A stretch of 64,000 bases of DNA, taken from positions 422,002-486,001 of the forward strand of contig DYGS01000001.1 in the NCBI GenBank assembly GCA_020724585.1, read 5' to 3'. The stretch comes from Candidatus Microgenomatus sp. (GTDB lineage Bacteria > Patescibacteriota > Microgenomatia > UBA8517). This document shows, piece by piece, positions 7,786 to 17,532 of the stretch. Made by a program: the position numbers and the translations under genes. Position 1 is the stretch's first letter. Every line of letters starts with the position of its first letter. The notes beneath the pieces are model-generated. The model had not been told where the DNA came from, did not search any database, and saw only the letters and a program-made list of their open reading frames with translations.

Positions 7786-9105
7786 TCAAAAACTAACTAT
7801 ACTTCCACTAAAAACATCCCCAATTTTCTCATCTGCTACAAATAAACCTAAATTGATGTCCTCCAGGGACTCCTGATCGGGATGTTTTAGCGTATAAACA
7901 ACCAATCCTGTCCTAAAAGGTTCCAGACTATTTAATGAAATATTTTGGATTTGGATGTTTTTGTTTGGGCCCTTTATTCTCAAGTCGTTTTCATACCAAA
8001 TTGCTTGACCAGTATTTTTGACCAAAACATAGCCTTTTTGTGACCTATTTTTAATCGTAAAAGGATTTAAAAAACTAAAAATAATTTTCCCATTAATTCT
8101 TTGTGTTGGTTTCCCTTCAACCTTTTTTAAATCTTTTATTTCTTGGTAAACTTTATAATAAGTATTTTCATCTTTCTTCCAAGAAAAATGATAGAATGGC
8201 TCGGTTAAATAATTTAGAATAAAAGGGGTAACAGCAACAATTTTATTATCGTTAGCCCAAACATTTTCAAAAGAATACTTAAAATTTTGAGAGATAGTGT
8301 CTTCGCTGTTTTGTTTATAAATCCAGCCCGTTTCTGTTATAAAAACTGGGAGTTCTTTTTTAACCCCCAAAGCAGATAAGTAGTCAAGCTCCCATTTGTA
8401 GCCTTTGATGCTTTTTCTTCCCGTATCTGTTGGCTTGCCCGAAAAGTTAGGATTGGGATACGAGTGTGAATTCCAACCATCAATGTAATTAAATAAATCG
8501 GGCTCTTTTTTAAGCATCCTCTTTAAAAATAGAGCCTCATCCATTGTTTTTGATGAATTTGGCGCAGATTGATCAAAACCCGCATTTAACACAAAGTAGT
8601 CTGAATTAGAATTTTTTAATTTGAGTGAAAACTCTTTTAAGAATGTTGCATATTCTTGAGGATTAATTTCCCCTCCCCATTCTTTAGAGTGGTTAGGTTC
8701 ATTAGCAATTATTATATATCTATTTAAAGTTACCCAGTTAAGAGAGTTTAAAAAAGATATCCAATTATCCATTTCTTCGTATTTTGGCTTTTCCCAATAA
8801 TTTTTGTCTTGATTATATTTTGTTGCTATTCTTAGTATTGGTATAAGTTTATTCCTTCTTAAATTATCAAAAAAATTCTGCAAAACTTCTTTGTCTCTGT
8901 CATTTTCAGTTAATACTATTTTTATATATCCCCATGAGCCATTGTTATTAACGATATCTGAAACATCCTTAAAATCAGATAAATTTACAACACCCATTCC
9001 ATAAATATTGTTGGGCACAGCCAAAGGGTTCGTGATAGCATGTGTCTCAAACGAGAAAATTATAAAAAGAAGAATAGCAATTATGATAATTAAAATTTTT
9101 TTCAT
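7786..9105 (-). CDS. secreted glycoside hydrolase, GH5-like TIM barrel
   Basis: Signal peptide; acid/base motif IIIANEPN and nucleophile motif FITETGW. Confidence 0.5.
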   Translation of the reverse strand: MKKILIIIIAILLFIIFSFETHAITNPLAVPNNIYGMGVVNLSDFKDVSDIVNNNGSWGYIKIVLTENDRDKEVLQNFFDNLRRNKLIPILRIATKYNQDKNYWEKPKYEEMDNWISFLNSLNWVTLNRYIIIANEPNHSKEWGGEINPQEYATFLKEFSLKLKNSNSDYFVLNAGFDQSAPNSSKTMDEALFLKRMLKKEPDLFNYIDGWNSHSYPNPNFSGKPTDTGRKSIKGYKWELDYLSALGVKKELPVFITETGWIYKQNSEDTISQNFKYSFENVWANDNKIVAVTPFILNYLTEPFYHFSWKKDENTYYKVYQEIKDLKKVEGKPTQRINGKIIFSFLNPFTIKNRSQKGYVLVKNTGQAIWYENDLRIKGPNKNIQIQNISLNSLEPFRTGLVVYTLKHPDQESLEDINLGLFVADEKIGDVFSGSIVSF

Positions 9106-9111
9106 AAAGAT

Positions 9112-10032
9112 TTAATTTAGCAAGGAAAGCAGCTTATCTATGCTTTCTGGGTCATAAATTGATATATTTAATGAATTTTTGAATTTTGTTTTACTTGACA
9201 GCAAATCGGATTTGGTGATTAGAATTAGTTCGGGTTTTTTATCAAGCTGTTTGCCGTAATTTTTTAGTTCATTTCTAACTATTTTATAATCTTTATCAAA
9301 ATCCTCGGATTCACTAGAGATGCAATGAATGAGAACTCTTACTTTTTCAATATGCTTGAGAAACTTCGTTCCAAGACCCTTTCCTTTTGAAGCCCCGTCA
9401 ATTAATCCTGGTATATCGGCAATTATTTTTTTAGTTTTTGAAACAACTCCGATGTTTGGTTCAAGTGTGGTAAAGGGGAAATTACCAACTTTAGCATTAG
9501 CCCCCGTTAATTCATTAAGAAGTGAGCTTTTTCCCGAATTGGGCAGACCTATCAGTCCATAATCTACTACTATTTTTAAATCAAGAGTTACTTCATATTT
9601 ATCACCAGGCAAACCACCTTGAGCCTTAAGTGGAGTTGTGTTTCTGGAGTTTTTAAAAAAAGCGTTCCCATGTCCGCCAAGCCCTCCCTTGCACATTAAC
9701 TTTTTAATAGAGGGATTAACAAAATCATTTATTACCCAACCAGTTTGCTTTTCAATAACCTGTGTTCCTGTGGGTATATAGATAGTTAAATCGTTACCGT
9801 TTTTACCAGTTTTATTTAATCTATCTCCGGGATATCCATCTTCAGCTCTGACATGTTTTTTGGTTAAAAATTGGTTAAGAAGTCTTAAATCATTAACTGA
9901 TTCGAAGTATAAATCTCCGCCCTTTCCACCATCGCCGCCATCAGGACCTGATTTTTTGGCTTTTCCAAACGAAACTTTACCAGCACCGCCATGTCCGCCC
10001 TCAATTATTATATCTACATTATCAATAAGCAT
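9112..10032 (-). CDS. obg: GTPase Obg (short form)
   Basis: Gly-rich Obg fold (GGHGGAGKVSFGKAKKSGPDGGDGGKGGD) plus G domain (GLPNSGKSSLLN, FPFTTLEPN). Confidence 0.8.
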   Translation of the reverse strand: MLIDNVDIIIEGGHGGAGKVSFGKAKKSGPDGGDGGKGGDLYFESVNDLRLLNQFLTKKHVRAEDGYPGDRLNKTGKNGNDLTIYIPTGTQVIEKQTGWVINDFVNPSIKKLMCKGGLGGHGNAFFKNSRNTTPLKAQGGLPGDKYEVTLDLKIVVDYGLIGLPNSGKSSLLNELTGANAKVGNFPFTTLEPNIGVVSKTKKIIADIPGLIDGASKGKGLGTKFLKHIEKVRVLIHCISSESEDFDKDYKIVRNELKNYGKQLDKKPELILITKSDLLSSKTKFKNSLNISIYDPESIDKLLSLLN

Positions 10033-10064
10033 TTTATGACTTGGAAAATAACGACATCACTATG

Positions 10065-10136
10065 TGTGTCCACCAGGAATCGAACCTGGAATTACTCCTT
10101 AGAAGGGAGTTGGTATATCCGTTTACCTATGGACAC
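10065..10136 (-). tRNA. tRNA-Arg (anticodon UCU)
   Basis: Acceptor GTGTCCA/TGGACAC, anticodon stem-loop ACTCC-CTTCTAA-GGAGT, T-arm CCAGG-TTCGATT-CCTGG. Confidence 0.7.
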
Positions 10137-10160
10137 AAATACCGAATTAAAGTTTAATAC

Positions 10161-11258
10161 TTGAATATTTTACCACATTATCTATATTTATTATGCATAT
10201 TTTTAATGAAAAATATCATAAACTCGCCCAATACAAGAGGTCTGATTGCCAAAATTAATCATAAAGGCGGTAGGCTCCCCAAAAAAGTAGCTATTTTGTA
10301 TAGCGATGCCAAAAGAAAATATTTTCCTACATACGAGCAATATTTAACAGAAAAAGAAGCTCGAAATGAAGCAGCGTCTTTTATACCCTATCTTAAAGAA
10401 CTAAATATAAAAACAGTATTGATTCCAGCCGATGCCAACATGGCAGAAAGAATTAAAAAAAGCAGATGTGATCTCGTCATTGATCTTGTTTGCAGCGTAA
10501 GAGGTTGTGAATATTTATCTACGACAGCTCCTGCCACTCTTGAGCTTTTGGAAATTCCTTTTACAGGAGCTTCAATGTTGGGATTTAACATCAGTATGAA
10601 TAAATATTTTACAAGAGAAATATTAGATTTAAATGGAATACCCGTGCCTAAATTTCAACTGTTTACATCTTGGAAACAAGAACTAAACAAGGATATGAAA
10701 TTCCCAATTATTTTAAAACTTAATGAGGCTCATGGATCACTAGAAATTACAAACGAGTCAATTATCAACGACTCAAAGGCTCTTAAAAAAAGGCTTAAAT
10801 ATTTAATGAAAACATACGATATGGATGTTTTGGCGGAAGAATTTATCAAAGGAAGAGAGATCGCGGCTTTTATATTCCAGTCCTATAACAAAAAGGTCTA
10901 TTTAATTGAAAGGGAGTTTGAAGGAGGAGAGAGTAGTTATTTGGATTTTCATACTGTTTGGGAAATTTCAGACGAAAATTATTTCAAAAAAGTAAAATTA
11001 AAAAAATATCACGATCCACTCCTTAACGCTCTGGTTAAGAGGGCTTTTTCTGTGGTTAAAATGGATGATTATGGAAAATTTGATATTCGAATGGATAAGT
11101 ACGGCAAATATTATTTTATAGACAGCAATCCAAATTGTTATTTTGCACCTCCAGAAATGCTTTCAGAAATTACTATGACTATGAAAATGTATGGGGTGCC
11201 TTTTAAACTGCTTCTAAAAAGACTTTTACAAAACACGATGAGGGAATGGGGCTATTAA
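10161..11258 (+). CDS. ATP-grasp enzyme (D-Ala-D-Ala ligase-like)
   Basis: ATP-grasp layout; EEFIKGREIAAFIF resembles the Ddl EEFIxGRE motif. Confidence 0.45.
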   Translation: MNILPHYLYLLCIFLMKNIINSPNTRGLIAKINHKGGRLPKKVAILYSDAKRKYFPTYEQYLTEKEARNEAASFIPYLKELNIKTVLIPADANMAERIKKSRCDLVIDLVCSVRGCEYLSTTAPATLELLEIPFTGASMLGFNISMNKYFTREILDLNGIPVPKFQLFTSWKQELNKDMKFPIILKLNEAHGSLEITNESIINDSKALKKRLKYLMKTYDMDVLAEEFIKGREIAAFIFQSYNKKVYLIEREFEGGESSYLDFHTVWEISDENYFKKVKLKKYHDPLLNALVKRAFSVVKMDDYGKFDIRMDKYGKYYFIDSNPNCYFAPPEMLSEITMTMKMYGVPFKLLLKRLLQNTMREWGY

Positions 11259-11453
11259 AAAAATGTTACCCCAGCATACAATCAAAATCGTTTTCATGGG
11301 TTTATTAATTTATCTCAAAATCAAATCCCTTTCCAAAATCAAAGGATTTTATACTTGGATCGAAATTTTTTCTTAGAAGCTCAGGTTCTTCAAAAAGAAT
11401 TTTTGCTTCTAAAAAAGTTTGAAAAATTTTTATGAAGAAACTATGACTGATAA

Positions 11454-11651
11454 TTATATAAGTACCTTCTGGCAGTTTTCTATCTGGCCAAGTACTTTTT
11501 CCATTCTTTCTTTGATACTATGTAATGGCTCATCTAACTCATCCTTTTCAAATGCCTGTATAAAACGTTCTCTGACTAGGTTGCTTCCCTCATGCTCGAA
11601 TTCCTCATATGTTAGAAGTTGTTTAAGGTCAAATTTTACTTCTCGTAACAA
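11454..11651 (-). CDS. small hypothetical protein (65 aa); an overlapping 60-aa minus-strand ORF 11636-11818 lies in a different frame, so a frameshifted gene is possible
   Basis: ORF only. Confidence 0.2.
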   Translation of the reverse strand: MLREVKFDLKQLLTYEEFEHEGSNLVRERFIQAFEKDELDEPLHSIKERMEKVLGQIENCQKVLI

Positions 11652-11899
11652 GCTAGTAGGAAAAATTTCCCGACCCCTATTATATCCGCGAATTTTTGTG
11701 CGGTGGCTAAGCCACGAGTTAAATCCGAAGACAAAATTAACTTAATATTCTCGTTTGGTGGAGTCTCTACTTTTTCAACCTCTGCAATTTTGGGATCTTC
11801 GATCTGAAGCGTTATCAAAGAATAACCCTCATATTTCGAAAATCTATCCTCAAGTGTGGGGGTCGTATTTGAATATTTTTCTAACCAAAACTTCTTTTG

Positions 11900-12619
11900 T
11901 CATTTAAAATTTATTACTAAAGTTTCGAGTCTTCTGAGCGGCTCTTTAGTTGGCTGAAACATCTTAAGCAGTTTTTGTTTAGTTTTAAACATTTCATTGC
12001 CTATTTTGTGATATATTGAAAAAAGTTTGATAATGTAGGCATGCGATACAACAACTACTGCTTGGTTTTTGTGGTTCTTTAAGATTTTACCTGTTAACCT
12101 TTCAAAGCGTTTTTTTATTTCTTTATTTTTGTCGATTAATTTGTCTTGGAAAAAGTTGTTTATGAATCTTACTCTCAAAACTTTAAATTTATTATCTCCT
12201 AAACTATTGAATTCTCGCTCTGTAATTAAATTTTTTAGATTAAACCTAAGCGGTAAAAGATTTTTTGATACCACCATTTTCAAACCCAATTCTTGTGCAA
12301 TTACTTTAGCAGTTTCATTTGTCTGATGGCTTGGAGCTGAAAATATGACAGAGGGTTGGTATTTTTTTAGTGCCTTCGTGATCTTTAAAACTTCTTTCTT
12401 GGCATTCTTGACTAAATGGGGAAAGCGTTCTCCACTTGCGGCTTTTTCTATGCTTTTGTAAAGCGAGTGACCAGGAAGCGTATAACTAATTTCTCCGCTA
12501 GTCATAAATATTATTTTTGTCATACTATCCCTTAGGCAATGTTGAGATATCCAGTTCGATAAGTGGTAATTTATCGAGGTAATTTCCACTTGCAAGTTGT
12601 CTGGGATCATTTGGTTCAC
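11900..12619 (-). CDS. histidine phosphatase (phosphoglycerate mutase-like) family protein, degenerate RHG motif
   Basis: SAPSHQTNETAKVIA and VVVSHAYIIK resemble PGM-family motifs; likely start at the internal MTKIIF. Confidence 0.35.
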   Translation of the reverse strand: MNQMIPDNLQVEITSINYHLSNWISQHCLRDSMTKIIFMTSGEISYTLPGHSLYKSIEKAASGERFPHLVKNAKKEVLKITKALKKYQPSVIFSAPSHQTNETAKVIAQELGLKMVVSKNLLPLRFNLKNLITEREFNSLGDNKFKVLRVRFINNFFQDKLIDKNKEIKKRFERLTGKILKNHKNQAVVVVSHAYIIKLFSIYHKIGNEMFKTKQKLLKMFQPTKEPLRRLETLVINFK

Positions 12620-13460
12620 GAGTGATTCTGTCGTTCATCCAAGAAAAATTTGGTGTCCTATGGTTTGCCACGACCAATCTTTTTCCAAATTTTTCTCTCA
12701 TTAAGGATGCAAATGCCATATATTGTGCCTTTTGTCTGGCGATATGTCTAATGCCTTCGTCTCTTGTGACTGAACCCAAAAGTTTTTCTATCAATATCTT
12801 CCTCTCCCTGTAGTCAAGGTCAAGACCCCTAGCTATCCTGCCTTGGGGTTCGTTTTGGGCTTCATGTGTTAATCTATTCAGAAAATGATTGTAACGGTTG
12901 TACCAGATATCGAAGCCAAAATAATTTAAAAATCTTGCTGCAGCAGGAGTATCTCGGTATATATCTTTACCATAATTATCCACTACTTTTTGTGCAATCA
13001 AATTAACGCTTTCTTGAGACCTCCTTGTGAATTCATTGGGAGATATATTTAATTTTTTTAGGAATGGCAAAAGATCAAGTTCTGTATCTGCCATAAGAAA
13101 AAAATGAATTATTGGAACGCCAGTTATCATTAGGTCTTTTACCGCAGGAACTAAGTGATCAAAATGCCTCTGAATATTTGGTGATATTCCCGTTTCTAAA
13201 TCTTCATAGGTTGGTACACCATCAGCGTCCGCGCTATATGACGGGCAGACAGTGGAAACTAAAACCAAGGGCAAATCCTCCCTTATTGAATAGGCAACCG
13301 CCTCTTTGAGTAGAGTGTCTGGATAGTTTTTAGATACCTTGGGTAAGGGTAGGGAATCAAGAAAGTGTTTTGTAACTTCATTTAACCGACGGTTATCAAA
13401 CCCTCTTTTTAACAGAAGGTTTTGTCTGTTTCCTAAGAACTTTTCATTTTCTCTTATCAT
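12525..13460 (-). CDS. hypothetical protein (311 aa)
   Basis: Long ORF with no recognised motif. Confidence 0.45.
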   Translation of the reverse strand: MIRENEKFLGNRQNLLLKRGFDNRRLNEVTKHFLDSLPLPKVSKNYPDTLLKEAVAYSIREDLPLVLVSTVCPSYSADADGVPTYEDLETGISPNIQRHFDHLVPAVKDLMITGVPIIHFFLMADTELDLLPFLKKLNISPNEFTRRSQESVNLIAQKVVDNYGKDIYRDTPAAARFLNYFGFDIWYNRYNHFLNRLTHEAQNEPQGRIARGLDLDYRERKILIEKLLGSVTRDEGIRHIARQKAQYMAFASLMREKFGKRLVVANHRTPNFSWMNDRITREPNDPRQLASGNYLDKLPLIELDISTLPKG

Positions 13461-13732
13461 TTTTATACAAAAACCTCGCCTTCACTCCGAAATACTCGGA
13501 ACAAGGGCAAGGTTTCTCGCTGTGCCACCTTGATCTTTACTAAATAATTACTTATTTAGTATCTGTAACCAACTTCGCCTAAGGCGACATTGGCCTAAAG
13601 TTTGATAACGATCTTTTTCCGGACTCGCTACTTTCCCTTGAAGGGATGATTCACGAGTCAGCTTCGATGAGTTCATTCCCTCATCTCAATCGCTTTTAAT
13701 TATTGGTATTTTATAGGCAATACAGTTAGTTG
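13461..13732 (-). ncRNA. structured GC-richer intergenic leader (candidate cis-regulatory RNA) upstream of 12525..13460
   Basis: 272 nt noncoding at about 45% GC with several imperfect hairpins (GGGATGATTCA...TGAGTTCATTCCC); class not recognised. Confidence 0.25.
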
Positions 13733-14194
13733 TCAAGGAATTGGGTTAACATTCTCAAAGTAGGTTGTAAAACTGGCGATTAATTCTGTATTGGTTGTTG
13801 TACAAAAAACCAAGCCTTGTCCAAAAAATAAATGTTTTTTGTCAACAAGTATCATTCTTCTGTATTTTTCCACATCGAGGCTATGAAGGAAAACATAATT
13901 CGGTAACGAAATGTCTAATCTTAATTTCATAGCTTCAAAGTCATCCTTGGATCCAAAACCCAACTTATAAAATTTAACTCCGTTGTTGAGCTTCTGCCTG
14001 ACAAGTTCATGATACTCTTTAGATAAAGGTTTCTGTAATTCTTCTTTTAAGTCCATTGTCGCTAAAATTTGCATCTCAGAATTCCGAATAGATTCCATAA
14101 CAAAGTATTGTATTTCCTCGCGTGGAATGATAACTACTTCAGTGTTTTTCGAGGGGTCCTCCGGGTATATTGGTTCTTTAAATTCTTTGGACAT
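13733..14194 (-). CDS. hypothetical protein (153 aa)
   Basis: ORF only. Confidence 0.4.
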   Translation of the reverse strand: MSKEFKEPIYPEDPSKNTEVVIIPREEIQYFVMESIRNSEMQILATMDLKEELQKPLSKEYHELVRQKLNNGVKFYKLGFGSKDDFEAMKLRLDISLPNYVFLHSLDVEKYRRMILVDKKHLFFGQGLVFCTTTNTELIASFTTYFENVNPIP

Positions 14195-14233
14195 TTGTTG
14201 GGTATATTAGCACTTGATAGTAAAGAAATAAAG

Positions 14234-14290
14234 AAGCCCCATTCTTAAAACATTTGGATTGTGATCCAAAAAAGAATGGGGCTTTTGTTT
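14234..14290. terminator. bidirectional rho-independent terminator (GAAGCCCCATTCTT ... AAGAATGGGGCTTTTGTTT) downstream of tRNA-Trp
   Basis: 13-bp stem with T-run on the plus strand and A-run upstream. Confidence 0.65.
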
Positions 14291-14291
14291 G

Positions 14292-14367
14292 TGGCAGGCG
14301 CGGCGAGATTTGAACTCGCAATTTCCGTTTTGGAGACGGACGGTTTGCCAGTTGCTCCTACGCGCCC
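14292..14367 (-). tRNA. tRNA-Trp (anticodon CCA), CCA encoded
   Basis: Anticodon stem-loop TCCGT-CTCCAAA-ACGGA, T-arm GCGAG-TTCAAAT-CTCGC, 3' ...CGCGCCT-G-CCA. Confidence 0.8.
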
Positions 14368-14448
14368 ACGCGACAAATTTTCAAATAACTCTAAAATTGC
14401 GCAAGTGCAAATTCGTTATTTGTAAATCTGTAAATACCCTATATTAAT

Positions 14449-14477
14449 TTGCTAAATCTAAGGCTGGGTGATATACT
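14449..14477 (+). promoter_or_regulatory. sigma70-like promoter (TTGCTA-17-TATACT), followed by a 130-nt leader with 11-bp long-range inverted repeat (14503-14513 pairs with 14569-14579)
   Basis: Motifs read in the sequence. Confidence 0.4.
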
Positions 14478-14609
14478 CCCACCAAGCACTTTTACATTCA
14501 AAGTTGGCAGCTTTTTGCCTTTGATAAGTCAGTACTTTAGCACATTTTTCTAAAATATCAAAGGTTGGAAGCTGCCAACAAAATCTGTTATCCTAAAAGG
14601 AGAAGAAGA

Positions 14610-15635
14610 ATGAACACAAAACGGGTTCTTACTGGTATGAGAACGACGGGTCAGTTGCATCTTGGGCACTATGTGGGCGCTCTGAAGCAATGGGTTGAAG
14701 TCCAAAACACAGGAGATTATGATTGCTATTTCCTGCTGGCGGACATCCAAGCTTTGACGACACACGCAGACCGTCCCGAGCTTTTGACCACATCTGTTCG
14801 TGATGTCGTTCTCGACTGGCTGGCTGTTGGACTTGATCCAACACGGCCAAACGTGCACTTCGTTCTTCAGAGCCAGGTATCCGAAAGGGCGGAACTTTCA
14901 ATTGCCCTCTCAATGATTGCCGGCTACAACGAAGTCACGCGAAATCCCACCCTGAAAGCGGAATTAAAAGATCTTGGCAAGGATGCCACGATTGGCTTCA
15001 TTGCCTATCCGGTGGACCAAGTTGCGGACATCTATATGGTGTCTCCAACTCCACCCGAATCTGGCGATAAGCTGTTGGTTCCGGTCGGGGAAGACCAAGT
15101 TCCTCACCTTGAGTACGCAAGGGTACTAGCACGCCGCTTCAATCAGAAGTACGGCAAAGTGTTTGTTCCCTGCGAAGCTCTGGTGGGCGAAGTTGGAAGA
15201 CTTGTGGGAACTGATGGTCAGGCAAAAATGAGCAAAAGTAAGGGGAATACCATCAATCTTGCTGATGATGCTAAGACTGTCGAGTCCCAAGTCATGAAGA
15301 TGTTCACTGACCCTAAGCGTATCCGTGCAGATATGCCGGGGGATACCGTGAACAATCCGGTGTTCATCTATCACCGCGCTTTCAATCCTGACAAAGACGA
15401 AGTTGCAGATCTTGCCGAAAGGTACAAGAAGGGCAGAGTCGGAGATGTGGAAGTAAAAAGTCGTCTGGCAGCCGTCTTAAACAACTTCCTCGATCCGATC
15501 CGTGAGCGCAGGGCAAAATTTGAGCGCGAAGATCTACGCGAACTTCTTGTCAAAGGGACAAAGGCCGCAAAAGAGGCTTGTGTTCCCGTCATGCAATCTG
15601 TTCGCGAAAAGATGCATCTCGTCTATCCTCAATAA
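14610..15635 (+). CDS. trpS: tryptophanyl-tRNA synthetase, GC-rich copy
   Basis: HIGH motif (GQLHLGHY) and KMSKS; RBS AAGGAG; about 50% GC. Confidence 0.85.
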   Translation: MNTKRVLTGMRTTGQLHLGHYVGALKQWVEVQNTGDYDCYFLLADIQALTTHADRPELLTTSVRDVVLDWLAVGLDPTRPNVHFVLQSQVSERAELSIALSMIAGYNEVTRNPTLKAELKDLGKDATIGFIAYPVDQVADIYMVSPTPPESGDKLLVPVGEDQVPHLEYARVLARRFNQKYGKVFVPCEALVGEVGRLVGTDGQAKMSKSKGNTINLADDAKTVESQVMKMFTDPKRIRADMPGDTVNNPVFIYHRAFNPDKDEVADLAERYKKGRVGDVEVKSRLAAVLNNFLDPIRERRAKFEREDLRELLVKGTKAAKEACVPVMQSVREKMHLVYPQ

Positions 15636-15653
15636 ATTTGAAAAGGAGAAAAA

Positions 15654-16640
15654 ATGAAGACGAAACCTTTATGGCGCACAGCATTTTCGCTTGCGCTCCT
15701 CGCGGCAATCTTCTCCGCCGTCTACAAGGCAATGGACAACATCACGGTTCACAATTTCATTGTCGCAGATGACGGATTGACGCAAGCCTTTTCTTACCTG
15801 ATTGTGGGAGGATGGACCGGCGTTGTTTTCGGTCTGATTTTCTCTCTACTTTTGGGTAAGAAAATCATTGACGATGATTTCAACGGGCTTGTTTTCAAAA
15901 ACAGCACCATGCACTGGCAGGCCATAATCGCCGGCGCGATCTCTGCAGGAAGTACACTTTTCCTGCTCTGGGGAAACCAACTTGGCGACCCCAGCATGCT
16001 GATTGCGTTAGGAAGTGGAACCATCCTGTTCACGTCTCTCTACGACGTAGCAAGCAAGCAGGCAAGAACTAGTAATCTTGTCTATCCTGCGCTGCTTGTC
16101 TTGATTGGCAGTGGACTAGCCGCCTTTGGAGGATCACTTGCAGTAACCCTCACGGGAATTCTGTTTGTGGTTTTCCTCTCAAACGGCCTGAATGCTCTTT
16201 CTGAGATAGTGGAGCAAAAGGGTGTGAGGGCGAGCGATGGAGTAAACTTCTTCCTCTGGCGATTCTTTTGGCTGGCAACTACAGGAACTGTCTTGGCGAT
16301 TGTTGTATCGGGGCTGCGAGGTTATTTGGAAATGCTTTGGAGCACAGTAGCCTCTGCACTGAAATATATCCCGTTCATTGCCCTGACAATGTTCTTCGTT
16401 TTCCTGGGGATCGGCCTGAAGCTGGTTGCCAAGAAAGTCAGTGCCGTATCGATGGTGCTCATTGTTCTATCCGCCCAAATAATTCTGGGGTATCCGATCA
16501 CTTTGCTCGGAAACTGGGTTTTCCCCGGACTATTTGGAGAGATTCCTACCGAACTTTGGATCTGGGTAATCCGGCTGTTAGGTGCGATACTCATCATCTG
16601 GGCTATCCAACTCTTGCGAAAGCAGGATTCAAAGAAGTAG
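15654..16640 (+). CDS. polytopic membrane protein, DMT/EamA-like transporter (about 10 TM helices)
   Basis: Two 5-TM repeats, RBS AAAGGAG, GC-rich like trpS. Confidence 0.5.
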   Translation: MKTKPLWRTAFSLALLAAIFSAVYKAMDNITVHNFIVADDGLTQAFSYLIVGGWTGVVFGLIFSLLLGKKIIDDDFNGLVFKNSTMHWQAIIAGAISAGSTLFLLWGNQLGDPSMLIALGSGTILFTSLYDVASKQARTSNLVYPALLVLIGSGLAAFGGSLAVTLTGILFVVFLSNGLNALSEIVEQKGVRASDGVNFFLWRFFWLATTGTVLAIVVSGLRGYLEMLWSTVASALKYIPFIALTMFFVFLGIGLKLVAKKVSAVSMVLIVLSAQIILGYPITLLGNWVFPGLFGEIPTELWIWVIRLLGAILIIWAIQLLRKQDSKK

Positions 16641-16702
16641 CGAATACAAGTTTAAGGCGTGCCTTTCAATTTGGAGAAATCCGAAGCGAGAGGTACGCCT
16701 TT

Positions 16703-17467
16703 TTAGTTTCCAAATCCAGGCTTAAAACTTGGTATAATTCTCTCTACATCTTCCCGTAGTTTATCCTCTGGATTAACATAACCAGCTAGTACAACAGAAT
16801 CTCCTTCTCTCCAATTCATGCCCGACATGTCATCTATTGCAATTTCTTCAAATTGAATTTGATCTTCGTATAAACTCTTACCTCCTTCAAACGAGTTTAC
16901 ATACAGCCCCTTAATTACATTACCGACTTTCATAAATTTTGAACCCTCAAATTTGTTCGCTGCCATTCTAACTGATAAATCATAGTTAATACTTGCAACT
17001 TTATGTAAAAGCCCTCGCATTCTTTTGCTTTGGGTACAAAGAGCGATAGCTTCTTGCTTGGCTTCAAGCAGGTCTGTAGCTAGCAGATAATGTCCAAGGC
17101 CAGATCCTCTAAAGTTGGGGTGTGTAATAATGCCACTTAGATAGTAAAAGTCTAAATCCAGGGCTCGAACTTTTTTGGAAGCTATAAAAGCAGCCGGAAA
17201 ATTGTCCATTAACCTTCTGGCTACAATTAGCCTTTCTGCACCAATTATATGGTCATTTACATCTTTCACAAACAGCGGGTCTTCAAAGTTGCTCCTGAGA
17301 AAACCAATTCCGGTGAGAGGTCTAAATTCTTCGGCAATAGAAGCATACTCTTGAGGGACTAACTCACCACAAGTGTATCTTTTAATTTCGACGGACATTC
17401 CGTTAAAAGTTCTGATTTCACTTCTTGGATAAAGTATTCTTTCCATAATCCAATAAAAAAGCGCCAC
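16703..17467 (-). CDS. GNAT-like acetyltransferase domain protein (weak call)
   Basis: HPNFRGSGLGHYLL resembles GNAT motif A. Confidence 0.3.
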   Translation of the reverse strand: MALFYWIMERILYPRSEIRTFNGMSVEIKRYTCGELVPQEYASIAEEFRPLTGIGFLRSNFEDPLFVKDVNDHIIGAERLIVARRLMDNFPAAFIASKKVRALDLDFYYLSGIITHPNFRGSGLGHYLLATDLLEAKQEAIALCTQSKRMRGLLHKVASINYDLSVRMAANKFEGSKFMKVGNVIKGLYVNSFEGGKSLYEDQIQFEEIAIDDMSGMNWREGDSVVLAGYVNPEDKLREDVERIIPSFKPGFGN

Positions 17468-17532
17468 GAAGGCGCTTTAAGTATTATTTCTTAAAACTTT
17501 CCACCAAATTTCAATTTTCATCATTTTCTATT

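Noticed and set aside
13461-13732. RNase P RNA or SRP RNA
   Set aside because: It has only a loose resemblance to the P4 GGAAAGUCCGG element, is too short for RNase P, and has no SRP domain IV motif.
16268-16759. Overlapping ORFs 16268..16759 (+) and 16322..16597 (-) inside the transporter gene
   Set aside because: They are alternative-frame or antisense ORFs in a GC-rich gene. The 328-aa membrane protein has coherent TM periodicity and a ribosome-binding site.
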